This document shows, in pieces, positions 21,186-31,445 of a DNA stretch of 64,000 nucleotides. Within the stretch, counting starts at the first letter, position 1, and each line of letters begins with the position of its first letter. A model generated the notes under the pieces. The model was not told the DNA's origin. It saw only the letters and a list, made by a program, of their open reading frames with translations, and made no database searches. The translations under genes were made by a program, and so were the position numbers. Source of the DNA: Promethearchaeota archaeon (GTDB lineage Archaea > Asgardarchaeota > Lokiarchaeia > Sigyniarchaeales > SOKP01); contig JBHLOC010000002.1 of assembly GCA_048940925.1 (NCBI GenBank), positions 160,001-224,000 on the forward strand, written 5' to 3'.

Positions 21186-22271
21186 ATGATATTTGTAGAT
21201 TTCCCCATAACTGGTCAATATAGATTTATCCTAATGATTTTTGAATGGATTTTTTCAATTATATGTTTAGAGTTTGGGATTCTATTTATGTTCAGGCATA
21301 AAAAAGAGCAAAATAAGTTCAAAAATTCCCAAGACATTGGATATATATTCTTATTTTTTGCTCTTTCTTTAAGTGGAGTTTTTTCAGTATTAGGTTCCTA
21401 TTTTTCCTATAGCATCACCCTAATAGAATTACACCATTTTATTAGTTATGTCTTTTTACATTTTGGTTTTCTATTGTTTATCATTGTAAAGGAGAAACAA
21501 AAAATATATTTTTTTAAGCGGTATTTCTTTTCTATCTGTTTGCTTATTTTATTAATTCTTTTCATCTTGTTTTCCTTTCTGAATAATCAGCTAGTCATTA
21601 TTGAATCCACTATTTTTCTTTCTACTATTTTTCTTTTTTTTGTTTTATTTTTTATGGAATTTATAATAAAATCCAAAATTGAAAGTAAGTTATTTAAAAA
21701 ATTTATAACAACTATCTTTCCCTTTTCGTTATTATTAATTGGATTATTTTTAACTTCTGATTATTCATTGAATTTATTGCAATTGCAATTTAGGTTATTT
21801 GGTTCTTTATTACAAATATTTGGAATTGCATTCTTTACTTATTTCTTCTTAAAATTTCCAGCTTTCTCTGAATTTGATTGGAAAGATAAAATTGAAGATG
21901 TCTTTTTAATTTACGAAAATGGGGCATGCTTATTCTATAAATCTTACACTCAGAAATTAGATTTATTAAATGAGCACATAATAACAAGCGCAATTACTTC
22001 TGTAAACATTATGCTAAAAGAAATATTGAAATCGAGAGCCAAGCAAATTTCTATAATTAAAAAGAAAGGAAAATTAATCTACATCTTCCCAGGGGATTTA
22101 ATAACTGGAGTTATTTTTTCCAAAAAAGAGTCAAGAACTATTGAGTTAAATATGAAGCAATTTGTTATAAAAATAGAACAAGTTTATAACAATATTTTAA
22201 AAGATTGGGACGGAGATCTCGAAATTTTTAAACCAATTAATTATATTTTTGAAGAAATATTTTCTGCCTAA
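21186..22271 (+). CDS. Paralogous about-7-TM protein with C-terminal longin/roadblock-like domain
   Basis: PAFSEFDW linker, FLIYENGACLF, ITSAITSV..L.EI, LKDWDGDLEIFK. Confidence 0.62.
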   Translation: MIFVDFPITGQYRFILMIFEWIFSIICLEFGILFMFRHKKEQNKFKNSQDIGYIFLFFALSLSGVFSVLGSYFSYSITLIELHHFISYVFLHFGFLLFIIVKEKQKIYFFKRYFFSICLLILLILFILFSFLNNQLVIIESTIFLSTIFLFFVLFFMEFIIKSKIESKLFKKFITTIFPFSLLLIGLFLTSDYSLNLLQLQFRLFGSLLQIFGIAFFTYFFLKFPAFSEFDWKDKIEDVFLIYENGACLFYKSYTQKLDLLNEHIITSAITSVNIMLKEILKSRAKQISIIKKKGKLIYIFPGDLITGVIFSKKESRTIELNMKQFVIKIEQVYNNILKDWDGDLEIFKPINYIFEEIFSA

Positions 22272-22471
22272 AAGATTTTTATTGTACATATTTTAAATGA
22301 GATTTTAATAATTATCACATTTTTTTTTCCACTAGGTAAAATACGTAAATGAGCATAATCCGATTTTTTTCAAATTTGAGGAAATATTTTAATCGTGATA
22401 CATTCAATTTCATATTGTATTATTAATTATAAATCTTAAATTAAAATCAAAAAAGGGTTAGATATAAAAAA

Positions 22472-23911
22472 TTGATTGGAATTAAATCATATGGAGCATA
22501 TTTACCTAAATATTTATTACCACGTGAATTAATTGGCAAAGCATGGGATTTTCCTGTCGTTCCTGGGACTAAAGCTGTTGCTATGGCAGATGAAGATAGT
22601 ATTACTATGTCTGTTGAAGCTGGTTTAGATTGCTTAATGGGAATTGATCCAAAAACAATAGATGGTTTATATTTTGCTTCGACAACTCAGGTCTATACAG
22701 AAAAGGATTCAGCATCCCTCTTGTCCACCGTTTTAGATTTGAGAGAAGATATAATCACTGCTGATTTTACAGATTCATTGAAAGCAGGAACAACTGCAGT
22801 AGCGCGTGCTGTAGATACTATTAAAGCTAATAAAGATATCAAAAATATCCTTGTAATTGCCGCGGATACTAGAGCTCCAGAACCATCAACTATGTGGGAA
22901 TATGGATTTGCTGATGGAGCAGCTGCTTTACTTATATCAGAAGATGATAATCTACCATTATCCATTGATGATTATTATTCTGTTGCTTCAAATGTTTCTG
23001 GACCATGGAAAAGAGCAGATAAAGATAAATTTATTAGGACTTTCGAAGCAAAATTGGATGCGAAGTTTTATTTCGAGAATATTACTAAAACCATGTCAGA
23101 GATTTTAAAAAGAAATAATTTGAATCCTGAAGAAATTAGTACTGCTGCTTATTACTATAATAATCCTAGAATGCATGGTAGAGTAGCTAAAATGATGAAA
23201 TTTTCACAAGGGGTTGCTCAAAACAGTGTATTTTTTCAAATCGGTGACTTAGGGACTCCTATGCCATTTATCCTTTTAATTTCTGCTTTAAGAAGACCAA
23301 AACCTGATGCAAAAATAATTATGGCCGGATTTGGAGATGGTGCAGACGCAATTTTGATGCAAGTTCAGGATAGAAATGTTTTAAGAGATCTTGGGAAAAC
23401 TCGAATGGGTTTAGTGGGGCATCAAAAATCTATGACGACCTTAGAAAATTATAATAAATTTCTCGATTTTAAGCAGATTCTAGAAAAAGATAGATATACC
23501 CGAAAGAGTTCTGCTGTAACGATGTGGCGTGATACAGGATCAGTCTATAAATGGTATGGTGTTAAGTGTACAAATTGCGGAGCGATTCAATATCCAGACT
23601 TTTTGCGTTCTTGTTATGTTTGTAGGGCAGATGATCAATTAGAGCCAGTAAAACTTTCATTAAAAGGAACAATCTTCACATTTACATTAGATCATTTAGT
23701 TGGTGGCGATTACCTTGATACACCTGTACCTCGTTGTGTGATTGATTTAGATGGCGGGGGTAGAGTATTATTGAATATGACAGAAATAGAGAAACCAGAA
23801 GAAAACGTCCAAATAGGTATGAGAGTTGAATTAACTTTTAGAAAAGAACATGAAGGTGGAGAATTTTTAAATTATTATTGGAAATGTCGACCTGAGAGGG
23901 GGAGACCATAA
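22472..23911 (+). CDS. HMG-CoA-synthase-like domain fused to DUF35 (Zn-ribbon plus OB fold)
   Basis: GIKSYGAYLP, DEDSITM, DGAAA, GFGDGADA; C-terminal CTNCG..CYVC, GTIFTFT, IGMRVELTFRK..YYWK. Confidence 0.88.
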   Translation: MIGIKSYGAYLPKYLLPRELIGKAWDFPVVPGTKAVAMADEDSITMSVEAGLDCLMGIDPKTIDGLYFASTTQVYTEKDSASLLSTVLDLREDIITADFTDSLKAGTTAVARAVDTIKANKDIKNILVIAADTRAPEPSTMWEYGFADGAAALLISEDDNLPLSIDDYYSVASNVSGPWKRADKDKFIRTFEAKLDAKFYFENITKTMSEILKRNNLNPEEISTAAYYYNNPRMHGRVAKMMKFSQGVAQNSVFFQIGDLGTPMPFILLISALRRPKPDAKIIMAGFGDGADAILMQVQDRNVLRDLGKTRMGLVGHQKSMTTLENYNKFLDFKQILEKDRYTRKSSAVTMWRDTGSVYKWYGVKCTNCGAIQYPDFLRSCYVCRADDQLEPVKLSLKGTIFTFTLDHLVGGDYLDTPVPRCVIDLDGGGRVLLNMTEIEKPEENVQIGMRVELTFRKEHEGGEFLNYYWKCRPERGRP

Positions 23912-23927
23912 AGGAGGTATATGAAAA

Positions 23928-25115
23928 ATGACAATAAAAGGAATAAAAGATAGAGTTGCCATAATTGGAGCTGATATGACGAAATATGGAGAACTCTGGG
24001 ATAAAAGCCAATATGATTTACTTTTTGAAGCATTCCAAGGAGCTATTAAAGATGCAGGAGTAACTAAAGATGAGATTGAAGCAGCATGGGCAGGAATTTA
24101 TTATTACTTTACAGGAATGTCTGGAGCAACAATCGAGGATATGTTAAGATTAGATGGAATCCCAATTACACGCACAGAAAATTATTGCGCCTCAGGTATG
24201 GATGCCTTTCGGAATGCTTGTTTTGGTATAGCTAGCGGAGTTTATGATGTAGTTTTAGCATGTGGTGTAGAAAAATTGATGGATGAAGGGTCAAGTGGAC
24301 TTCCAGGATTCAAAATTTTTGGGCATCCTGTATTTCCTTTACCCTCAGCTCCTGCAATGTTCTCTATGGCTGCTACTAGGAGTTTTCATGATTTTGGGTG
24401 GTCAAAAGAAGACCTCGCTCGAGTTGCTGTTAAGAACCATGATAACGGTTCTTATCATCCAAAAGCTCACTTCAGAAATAAAATATCAATTGAACAAGCA
24501 ATGAAAGCGCCAATGATTGCTGATCCTCTTGGAAGATTTGATTGTTGTGCCATGTCAGATGGAGCTGCCGCCTTAATTTTGACAAAACCAGAACTTGCAG
24601 AGAGTTATGCACATGCAGATGATTATATTTTAGTAAAAGCAAACGCTATTTCAGCTAGAACTAACACGCCATGGTATGTCCCTCCTAATGGACCTGGAGC
24701 GGATTTTATAAGTTTTCCTTCGACTGTGAAGGCAGCGAAATACGCTTATAAGGAAGCAGGTATTACTAATCCCCGAGAGGAAATTAATGCAGCTGAAGTA
24801 CATGATTGTTTTACTATTACAGAATTATTAAATTGTCAAGATTTACAATTCTGTGAACATGGTCAAGCAGCTGAGGAATTAAAAAAGGGAACCTTTAATT
24901 GGGATGGTGAAACCGCCGTAAATCCCTCAGGAGGTCTGAAATCATTCGGACATCCAATAGGATCAACGGGTTGTCGAATGCTAACAGAAATTACAAAACA
25001 ACTTCAAGGTCGTGCTGAAGGTCGACAGGTACCTGACGCTAAGATCGGTCTATGCCACAATCTTGGTGGCGCTTTTAGCGTTGCCTCAGTGACCATTTTA
25101 AGTCAACGTGATTAA
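23928..25115 (+). CDS. Thiolase (SCP2-type/archaeal acetyl-CoA acetyltransferase family)
   Basis: ENYCASG, KNHDNG, SDGAAA, EVHDCF, NPSGGLKSFGHPIGSTG; SD AGGAGG. Confidence 0.93.
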   Translation: MTIKGIKDRVAIIGADMTKYGELWDKSQYDLLFEAFQGAIKDAGVTKDEIEAAWAGIYYYFTGMSGATIEDMLRLDGIPITRTENYCASGMDAFRNACFGIASGVYDVVLACGVEKLMDEGSSGLPGFKIFGHPVFPLPSAPAMFSMAATRSFHDFGWSKEDLARVAVKNHDNGSYHPKAHFRNKISIEQAMKAPMIADPLGRFDCCAMSDGAAALILTKPELAESYAHADDYILVKANAISARTNTPWYVPPNGPGADFISFPSTVKAAKYAYKEAGITNPREEINAAEVHDCFTITELLNCQDLQFCEHGQAAEELKKGTFNWDGETAVNPSGGLKSFGHPIGSTGCRMLTEITKQLQGRAEGRQVPDAKIGLCHNLGGAFSVASVTILSQRD

Positions 25116-25418
25116 TACTTCAAAATTCTTTTCTTTTTTATAAATCAATATCCCATAAAATTAATTCATAAATACTCTTGATATTTTACGCATGCAAAAT
25201 TTCTTAATTTAATAATTCAGGATTAAACTTTTTTTTCTAAATAGAAATTTCTTATTTTTTAATTAAAAATAAAGCATATTGTTATATGTTCATTTAGAAA
25301 CCATATTAATAATAACCATTTATTGAGAAGATTAATATCATATTTAAAAATTATAAAATTAGTGATACAAGTTTAATCTAGAAAATTATATTAGTTTTAC
25401 CTTATGGAAGTGAATTAA

Positions 25419-25952
25419 ATGATAGAAAATATTAAAGGAGTATTTGAATTGCTGGCTAAATATAATCAAATCACAAATCAAGATATGATTGAAGTTTTAG
25501 AGGGAGTTGAACCTTCCAAACTAACAGAAAATTTACGGTCTTATTATGGATCTATCTTAGGAATATTAAATCATCATTTGCTTGCTGATATTGGTTGGAT
25601 TCGTATTTTGGGAACTCATATTGCAGCTTTAGATTTTATACCTCCGCTCTTAGAACGCTTCCCAACTAACCGTCCTCCTCCTAACGAGCTTATTTGGACC
25701 TCTCTTGATGAGTATAAATTAATTCGCGTAGAAATAGATAACTTATTGGAGCGTGTGGTTAAAACACTCGATCTTTCCCAATTTTCATCCATTCTTACAA
25801 TTGAGGGGCGTCGGGGAAAAATGGAATATATGACATGGCGTATTTTATTACATTTGTTTAACCATCATACTCACCATAGAGGAGGAGTTGCTGTGTTACT
25901 GGACCAACTGGGAGTAGAAAATGATTACTCAAGTCTACTCTGGAAAGTATGA
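25419..25952 (+). CDS. DinB family protein
   Basis: YNQ..N, SILGILNHH..D, HLFNHHTHHRG. Confidence 0.85.
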   Translation: MIENIKGVFELLAKYNQITNQDMIEVLEGVEPSKLTENLRSYYGSILGILNHHLLADIGWIRILGTHIAALDFIPPLLERFPTNRPPPNELIWTSLDEYKLIRVEIDNLLERVVKTLDLSQFSSILTIEGRRGKMEYMTWRILLHLFNHHTHHRGGVAVLLDQLGVENDYSSLLWKV

Positions 25953-26109
25953 TCATTAAAATTTAGACATACATCATTATTTCTTAACTTAAAAGTTTTT
26001 ATAGAGATGATCATCAATGATCCTATAATTAAATAAAATGGTGAAATTAATCTTTATTTATAGTTGTATCAAATAAGATGTAAATTGACTTAACTAATAT
26101 TCGATTGTT

Positions 26110-27042
26110 TCACTCACCGATACTCAATTTATCCTGTTCTTCTAAACAGAATTCACATTCCTCAACACTTGCTTTATCACAGACTTTACACTTATGCTTG
26201 TATCCTATATCCTTCCCTGCTCTTCTTTTGGGTGAAAAAATCATTGATATTACAAAAATAATACTTATTGTTATGGTAATTGTAGAGCCAGATGGTAAAT
26301 TAAGGATATAAGACAGATAAAGCCCAATAAAAGAGGAAATAGCTCCAAATGACATAGAAAGTAGTAGGATTCTATTTATTTTGTAACTCCATTGATATGC
26401 GGCAGCTGCAGGAGTTATAATCATAGCAAAAACCAAGATCGCACCAATAGCTTTCAAGGACACAACAATAGCTAAAGAAATTAGTATAAGAAATATATAT
26501 GAAATAAATCTTACGGGTAATCCCGTTGCACTTGCCATTTCATCATCAAAAGTTATAAAAAATAGCTCTTTTTTCATAAAGAAGATGATCATAATGATTA
26601 TTATGCTGATAGATATCAATAAAACTAGATCTTCTGTTGTAACAACCAAAACGTTTCCAAAAAGAAGAGCAGTAACTCCTGCATTATATGTTTTAATCAG
26701 ACTTATAAATAATATCGCAAGAGCCATTGTTAGAGAAAAAATAATCCCTATTGCAACATTATTGTCTTCTACATAACCTTTTTCATTAATGAAACCAATA
26801 GTCATTGCTGCTCCTGTACTAAAAAAGAATATCGTAATGAACGGATTTATTCCTAAGAGAATCCCTAATGCTCCTCCTGCGAAAGATGAATGAGCTATAC
26901 CTGCTCCCATAAAGATTAACCCTCTTAATATAATAAATGCGCCCACAAGACCGCAAATTACCCCTACAATTATTGATGTGACTAAAGCCCGTTGGAGGAA
27001 TGAATATTTTGCTAAAGCTTCAAAAAAGCTCTCAAATAACAT
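26110..27042 (-). CDS. znuB: Zn/Mn ABC transporter permease with Cys-rich C-terminal tail
   Basis: AHSSFAG, LLFGN, TFDDEMA..G, IGAILV, PSG; tail HKCKVC..CEFC. Confidence 0.9.
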   Translation of the reverse strand: MLFESFFEALAKYSFLQRALVTSIIVGVICGLVGAFIILRGLIFMGAGIAHSSFAGGALGILLGINPFITIFFFSTGAAMTIGFINEKGYVEDNNVAIGIIFSLTMALAILFISLIKTYNAGVTALLFGNVLVVTTEDLVLLISISIIIIMIIFFMKKELFFITFDDEMASATGLPVRFISYIFLILISLAIVVSLKAIGAILVFAMIITPAAAAYQWSYKINRILLLSMSFGAISSFIGLYLSYILNLPSGSTITITISIIFVISMIFSPKRRAGKDIGYKHKCKVCDKASVEECEFCLEEQDKLSIGE

Positions 27043-27161
27043 GATTAAAAATCAATTTTAATATTTTTACATTAATTATTTGAGTAAAATTATGGATCAC
27101 TCCTTTAAAATTCTTTTTATAAAATAGTTATCTTAAAATTTAAATTAAATCATATACGAAT

Positions 27162-27177
27162 GATCGTAAGTACGATC
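27162..27177. promoter_or_regulatory. Palindromic operator candidate in the divergent metal-transporter promoter
   Basis: GATCGTA-ag-TACGATC, GC-containing inverted repeat in an AT-rich intergenic region. Confidence 0.55.
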
Positions 27178-27193
27178 CATCATAATTTTGCAA

Positions 27194-28252
27194 ATGCTGA
27201 TTTCTAAAAAAAAAGGGAAAAGAACTAAAAGGATAATATTTATTGTATTGATCATTTTTCTATTATCAGGAAATATTGGATTGAACAAATATAAAACAAC
27301 TACAAGGGTTTTGCATCCATTAAACTTTTCTAATGTAGTAAATACTACATTAAAAATTGTGGCTACACTTACAATAATAGAAAACGTAGTTGAAAATGTT
27401 ATTGGTCAAGATGTACCTGTTATTGTTCCTGGCTCTGCAGATCCTCATTCGTACGAACCGACATCTAGTGAAATTTTAGCTCTTGAGAATGCAGAAATTA
27501 TTTTTCGTATGGGAGAAGAGGAACTTGAGCCGTGGTGGCGAACTGAATGGGAAGATGCCGAAGTTGTTAGCTTAATTAACTCAAACATGCTTAAAATAGA
27601 TCCATTACTTGGTTTTGTCAATCCACATGTATGGATGAACCCGAATAATATGAAAAATTTTACATTAGAAGTAAATCGTACTCTCTGGATGCAGGAACCT
27701 TTACTTTCAAATAAATTTATATTTTCAAATAACACGTTGAAATACTTAACAGTTCTCGACAACTTATTAGTTTTAATTCAGAAAGCGAAGTCTACTTTCA
27801 ATGGAATGAAAGTTGTTGTTAATCATCCTGCTTATTTTTATTTATTTCAAGTAAATCTTTTAAATTTAACCCGATTAGCAACCATTGAAAAAGGTGAAGA
27901 TAAAGAGCCTTCAGCTATAGAGATTGCTGATATTATAAAGATAATGAGAGAAGAGGGATGTCATCTTGTTGTTACTGATCCCCAACATAGAACGGATAAT
28001 GTGTATGAAATAGCTAGGGAAACACAATCCAAAATTGCCTTGCTTACTCCCCTCTTAAATGTTGAAGTTACTTGGAATGAAAAAAAAATAATAATTTCCA
28101 ATTATACACAACTGATTCAGTATGATATATGGGCTTTAAGCAATCCAATTCATCCACCAAGTTTAAGTGATATTTGGTGGAATATTGCTATCTTTGGGTT
28201 ACTCATCATCGCGCTTTTAACTTTATTTCTTTATATAAGAAGAAAAAAATGA
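27194..28252 (+). CDS. znuA: Zn/Mn ABC substrate-binding protein with C-terminal TM anchor
   Basis: DPHSYEP, NPHVWMNP, HPAYFY, EPS; N-terminal signal and C-terminal TM-RRKK. Confidence 0.9.
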   Translation: MLISKKKGKRTKRIIFIVLIIFLLSGNIGLNKYKTTTRVLHPLNFSNVVNTTLKIVATLTIIENVVENVIGQDVPVIVPGSADPHSYEPTSSEILALENAEIIFRMGEEELEPWWRTEWEDAEVVSLINSNMLKIDPLLGFVNPHVWMNPNNMKNFTLEVNRTLWMQEPLLSNKFIFSNNTLKYLTVLDNLLVLIQKAKSTFNGMKVVVNHPAYFYLFQVNLLNLTRLATIEKGEDKEPSAIEIADIIKIMREEGCHLVVTDPQHRTDNVYEIARETQSKIALLTPLLNVEVTWNEKKIIISNYTQLIQYDIWALSNPIHPPSLSDIWWNIAIFGLLIIALLTLFLYIRRKK

Positions 28253-28270
28253 GTTTGAGTTAAATCTATT

Positions 28271-29008
28271 ATGATAAATAACGAAGATTATCAAATGGAA
28301 CCGGTTATAGATTTTGAAGATGTTTCCGTTAAATACCAAAATATAATTGCTATCAGTCATGTTAATGTAAAAATATATCAAGGGGAATATATTGGTATTT
28401 TCGGTCCAAATGGTTCAGGAAAAACTACTTTTCTCAAAACCATAATAGGTCTTATTGAACCAGATAGTGGGATGGTTAAAGTATTGGGTTCGGAAAACAT
28501 CAAAAAAGTACGATCCAATGTCGGCTATGTTCCTCAAAATATTTCTGTTAAAAAAACATTTCCAGCTACAGTATTAGAAGTAGTAGAAATGGGATTATTT
28601 GGAAAAGTTGGATTTATGAGACCTTTAAAATCCGAAGATAAAAAGCAAGTTGATGAAGCACTTCACATGGTTCACATGGAAATATATAAGAATCGTCCAA
28701 TTGGACATTTATCTGGAGGAGAACTTCAGAAAGTGATGGTTGCTCGGGCTCTTGTCTCAAAACCTAATATTTTACTCCTTGATGAACCCACTAGTGCCTT
28801 AGACTTTATGATGGTGCAAGACCTGATGAAATTATTAGTTGAATTAAATAATAGACTTAATCTTACAATCATAGCAATCAATCACCATCTTGATTTACTG
28901 CAACCATACTGCACTAGGTTGTTACTAATGGATGGTACTATAATATATGATGGAAAACCCAATGATAGCATGATAAATGACATAATTAAACAAATTTTTA
29001 GCTTTTAA
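28271..29008 (+). CDS. znuC: Zn/Mn ABC ATP-binding protein
   Basis: GPNGSGKT, GYVPQ, LSGGE, LLLDEP. Confidence 0.92.
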   Translation: MINNEDYQMEPVIDFEDVSVKYQNIIAISHVNVKIYQGEYIGIFGPNGSGKTTFLKTIIGLIEPDSGMVKVLGSENIKKVRSNVGYVPQNISVKKTFPATVLEVVEMGLFGKVGFMRPLKSEDKKQVDEALHMVHMEIYKNRPIGHLSGGELQKVMVARALVSKPNILLLDEPTSALDFMMVQDLMKLLVELNNRLNLTIIAINHHLDLLQPYCTRLLLMDGTIIYDGKPNDSMINDIIKQIFSF

Positions 29009-29036
29009 ACTAATTGTAGAGTGAGGTTATGAAATT

Positions 29037-29471
29037 ATAATAGATTTAGACTATAATGTTTTAAAATTTTTATACAATAATAAAAAACCTATTAAAATAA
29101 GTCAAATGGCTCGTGAGATAGATACCAAACATAGTACGCTCGGTAGCTGTGTAAAACGACTAAAAAAAAAGGGATATGTGAATTATGAACCTTTTTATGA
29201 AGTAATATTAACCAATAAAGGAAATGATTTAGCAAAAGAATTGTTAAGACATGAACGTCTGGTTGAACTACTTTTTTTTAACGAATTAGGAATGACAGTG
29301 AAAGAAGCACACGAAGAGAGTAAGAAACTTAATCTTCTACTTTCATGTAATACGATAAATAAGATATGTGAGAAATATGGACATCCGAAAAGATGTCCCT
29401 GTGGTGATGATATAATAAATTCAAAAAATTGCTATTGTGAGTTAGAGTTCAAACATTCTATTCATCATTAA
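29037..29471 (+). CDS. DtxR/MntR family metal-dependent regulator (probable ATA start)
   Basis: The first wHTH helix (IDLDYNVLKFLY..PIKISQ) lies upstream of the track ATG; LTNKG..RHERLVE, GHPKRCPCG. Confidence 0.85.
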   Translation: MIDLDYNVLKFLYNNKKPIKISQMAREIDTKHSTLGSCVKRLKKKGYVNYEPFYEVILTNKGNDLAKELLRHERLVELLFFNELGMTVKEAHEESKKLNLLLSCNTINKICEKYGHPKRCPCGDDIINSKNCYCELEFKHSIHH

Positions 29472-29638
29472 TCAAGTTTACAATTTTATTTAACTTAAAA
29501 TTAAAATTTGTATTTTCTTCTTTTTAAGATCTGTTTATTATCATTCGGTAATTTTATGTAAACATCATAAATATCTTTAAATAATTTTTAATAGAAGATT
29601 TAATTATTTTAGTAGAATTAATAGTAGGTTTATATATT

Positions 29639-30814
29639 ATGGTTAGACATGGAATAAAGGATCAAGTTGCGATTATAGGATGCGATGCTACGAAATATGG
29701 AGAACTCTGGGATAAGAATCAATATGATCTTTTAAGTGAAGCATGTCAAGGTGCTTTCAAAGACGCTGGGGTTAGTAAAGATGAAATAGATGCAGCATGG
29801 TTAGGTGTTTATTATTTCTTCACGGGTGTATCTGGTACAACTTTAGAAGATACTTTGAGATTAGAAGGAAAACCTATTACGAGATGTGAGAATTATTGTG
29901 CTTCAGGTATGGATGCTTTCCGCAATGCCTGTTTTGGGATTGCATCTGGAGCCTATGATGTTGTGATGGCTTGTGGTGTAGAAAAGTTAATGGATGAGGG
30001 AGGCAGAGGCCTTCCAAGCGCAAAATATTTTGGACATCCTGTATATCCTCGTCCATCAGCTCCAGCAATGTTTTGTTTACTTGCTACTCGTTGTTTTAAG
30101 GATTATGGATGGACAAAAGAAGATTTAGCACGAGTCGCTGTCAAGAATCATGAAAATGGATATTATCATCCTAAGGCTCATTTTAGAATGAAAATTTCGA
30201 TTGAACAGGCATTGAATGCTCCAATGATTGCTGATCCTCTGGGTCGTTTTGATTGTTGTGCGATGAGTGATGGAGCAGCAGCTTTAATTTTAACAAGACC
30301 AGAACTTGCCGAAAGTTATACTCATGCTGATAATTATGTAGTTGTGAAATCAAACTCAATAGCTGTATATACAAGCAGTCCATGGTATTGGCCCAATTTT
30401 GATTTTACTCACGCCCCTGCCACCGTTAAAGCAGCACAAATGGCTTACAAAGAGGCAGAAATAACTAATCCGCGAAAAGAAATTGATGCTGCTGAAGTAC
30501 ACGATTGCTTTACAATTACAGAACTATTAAATTGTCAAGATTTGCAATTTTGTGAACGTGGTATGGCAGCTGAAGAATTAAAGAATGGTACTTTTAACTG
30601 GAATGGTGAAACTGCAGTAAATCCTTCTGGAGGTCTAAAATCATTTGGGCATCCAATAGGATCAACAGGTTGTAGAATGATCCAAGAGATTACTAAACAG
30701 CTACAAGGACGAGCAGAAGGAAGACAAGTTCCAGACCCAAAGCTAGGACTAGCCCACAATTTAGGGGGTGCATATTCTGTATGTTCTGTAACTATATTAG
30801 GTCAGAGAGATTAA
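29639..30814 (+). CDS. Thiolase, close paralogue of 23928..25115
   Basis: Same ENYCASG, EVHDCF and GHPIGSTG motifs, with long identical stretches. Confidence 0.93.
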   Translation: MVRHGIKDQVAIIGCDATKYGELWDKNQYDLLSEACQGAFKDAGVSKDEIDAAWLGVYYFFTGVSGTTLEDTLRLEGKPITRCENYCASGMDAFRNACFGIASGAYDVVMACGVEKLMDEGGRGLPSAKYFGHPVYPRPSAPAMFCLLATRCFKDYGWTKEDLARVAVKNHENGYYHPKAHFRMKISIEQALNAPMIADPLGRFDCCAMSDGAAALILTRPELAESYTHADNYVVVKSNSIAVYTSSPWYWPNFDFTHAPATVKAAQMAYKEAEITNPRKEIDAAEVHDCFTITELLNCQDLQFCERGMAAEELKNGTFNWNGETAVNPSGGLKSFGHPIGSTGCRMIQEITKQLQGRAEGRQVPDPKLGLAHNLGGAYSVCSVTILGQRD

Positions 30815-30835
30815 ACATCATAATATCATAAACTG

Positions 30836-30858
30836 AAAAAAAAAAAAAAATAAAAAAA
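30836..30858 (-). terminator. Long U-tract terminator after mscL (convergent genes)
   Basis: A15-T-A7 on the + strand directly beyond the mscL stop. Confidence 0.55.
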
Positions 30859-30859
30859 T

Positions 30860-31270
30860 TTAATCAAATAATTGTCCTACTTTTTCCTGCATTTTTTTAC
30901 TGTATTCTCCAGCTTTAGTTGTCAGTTTGATTAACATAAATATAACAAATGCCACAATGATAAATGTTAATGCATCGCCTATAAATGCCCCAATTCTGAA
31001 AGGTCCAGCAGTTATTGACTCCCAATCAACATCAGCGGGTAAGAATAGCTCTATTATTGGCATTATTAAATTGTCGACTAGAGATTGAATTAATGCACCA
31101 AGATAAATAGCCATAATAAAAGCAACGGCAACACCTATTACTTTATATTTGGCTAAAAATTGTTTGAATTCTTCCAATATACTCTTAGGTTTTGGGGGAG
31201 GTGGTGCAGGTGTAAGAAGCTCACGAATTTTTATTAATTCTTGTAGAACTTCTTCTTCTTCTTTTGACAT
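30860..31270 (-). CDS. mscL: Large-conductance mechanosensitive channel
   Basis: EEFKQFL..VIGVAVAFIM..SLVDNLIMP..GAFI..FIIVAFVIF. Confidence 0.88.
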   Translation of the reverse strand: MSKEEEEVLQELIKIRELLTPAPPPPKPKSILEEFKQFLAKYKVIGVAVAFIMAIYLGALIQSLVDNLIMPIIELFLPADVDWESITAGPFRIGAFIGDALTFIIVAFVIFMLIKLTTKAGEYSKKMQEKVGQLFD

Positions 31271-31445
31271 GGTTAATCATTTTTTGTTATATATTAACTC
31301 TAACTAATCTTCTATTATAAAATAAAGTAATTTCAGTACTACTATTAACTATTTAAAATTTTTTTATATTTTTTATAAAATGAAATCAAAACTCTATTGA
31401 AACTAATTCAAAAATTATATAATTTTACATTAATTTTGATTTAAT

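Noticed and set aside
23928-30814. Thiolase pair as direct repeats of a mobile element or an assembly duplication
   Set aside because: The copies differ at many synonymous sites and loops, indicating older paralogy; no mobility genes.
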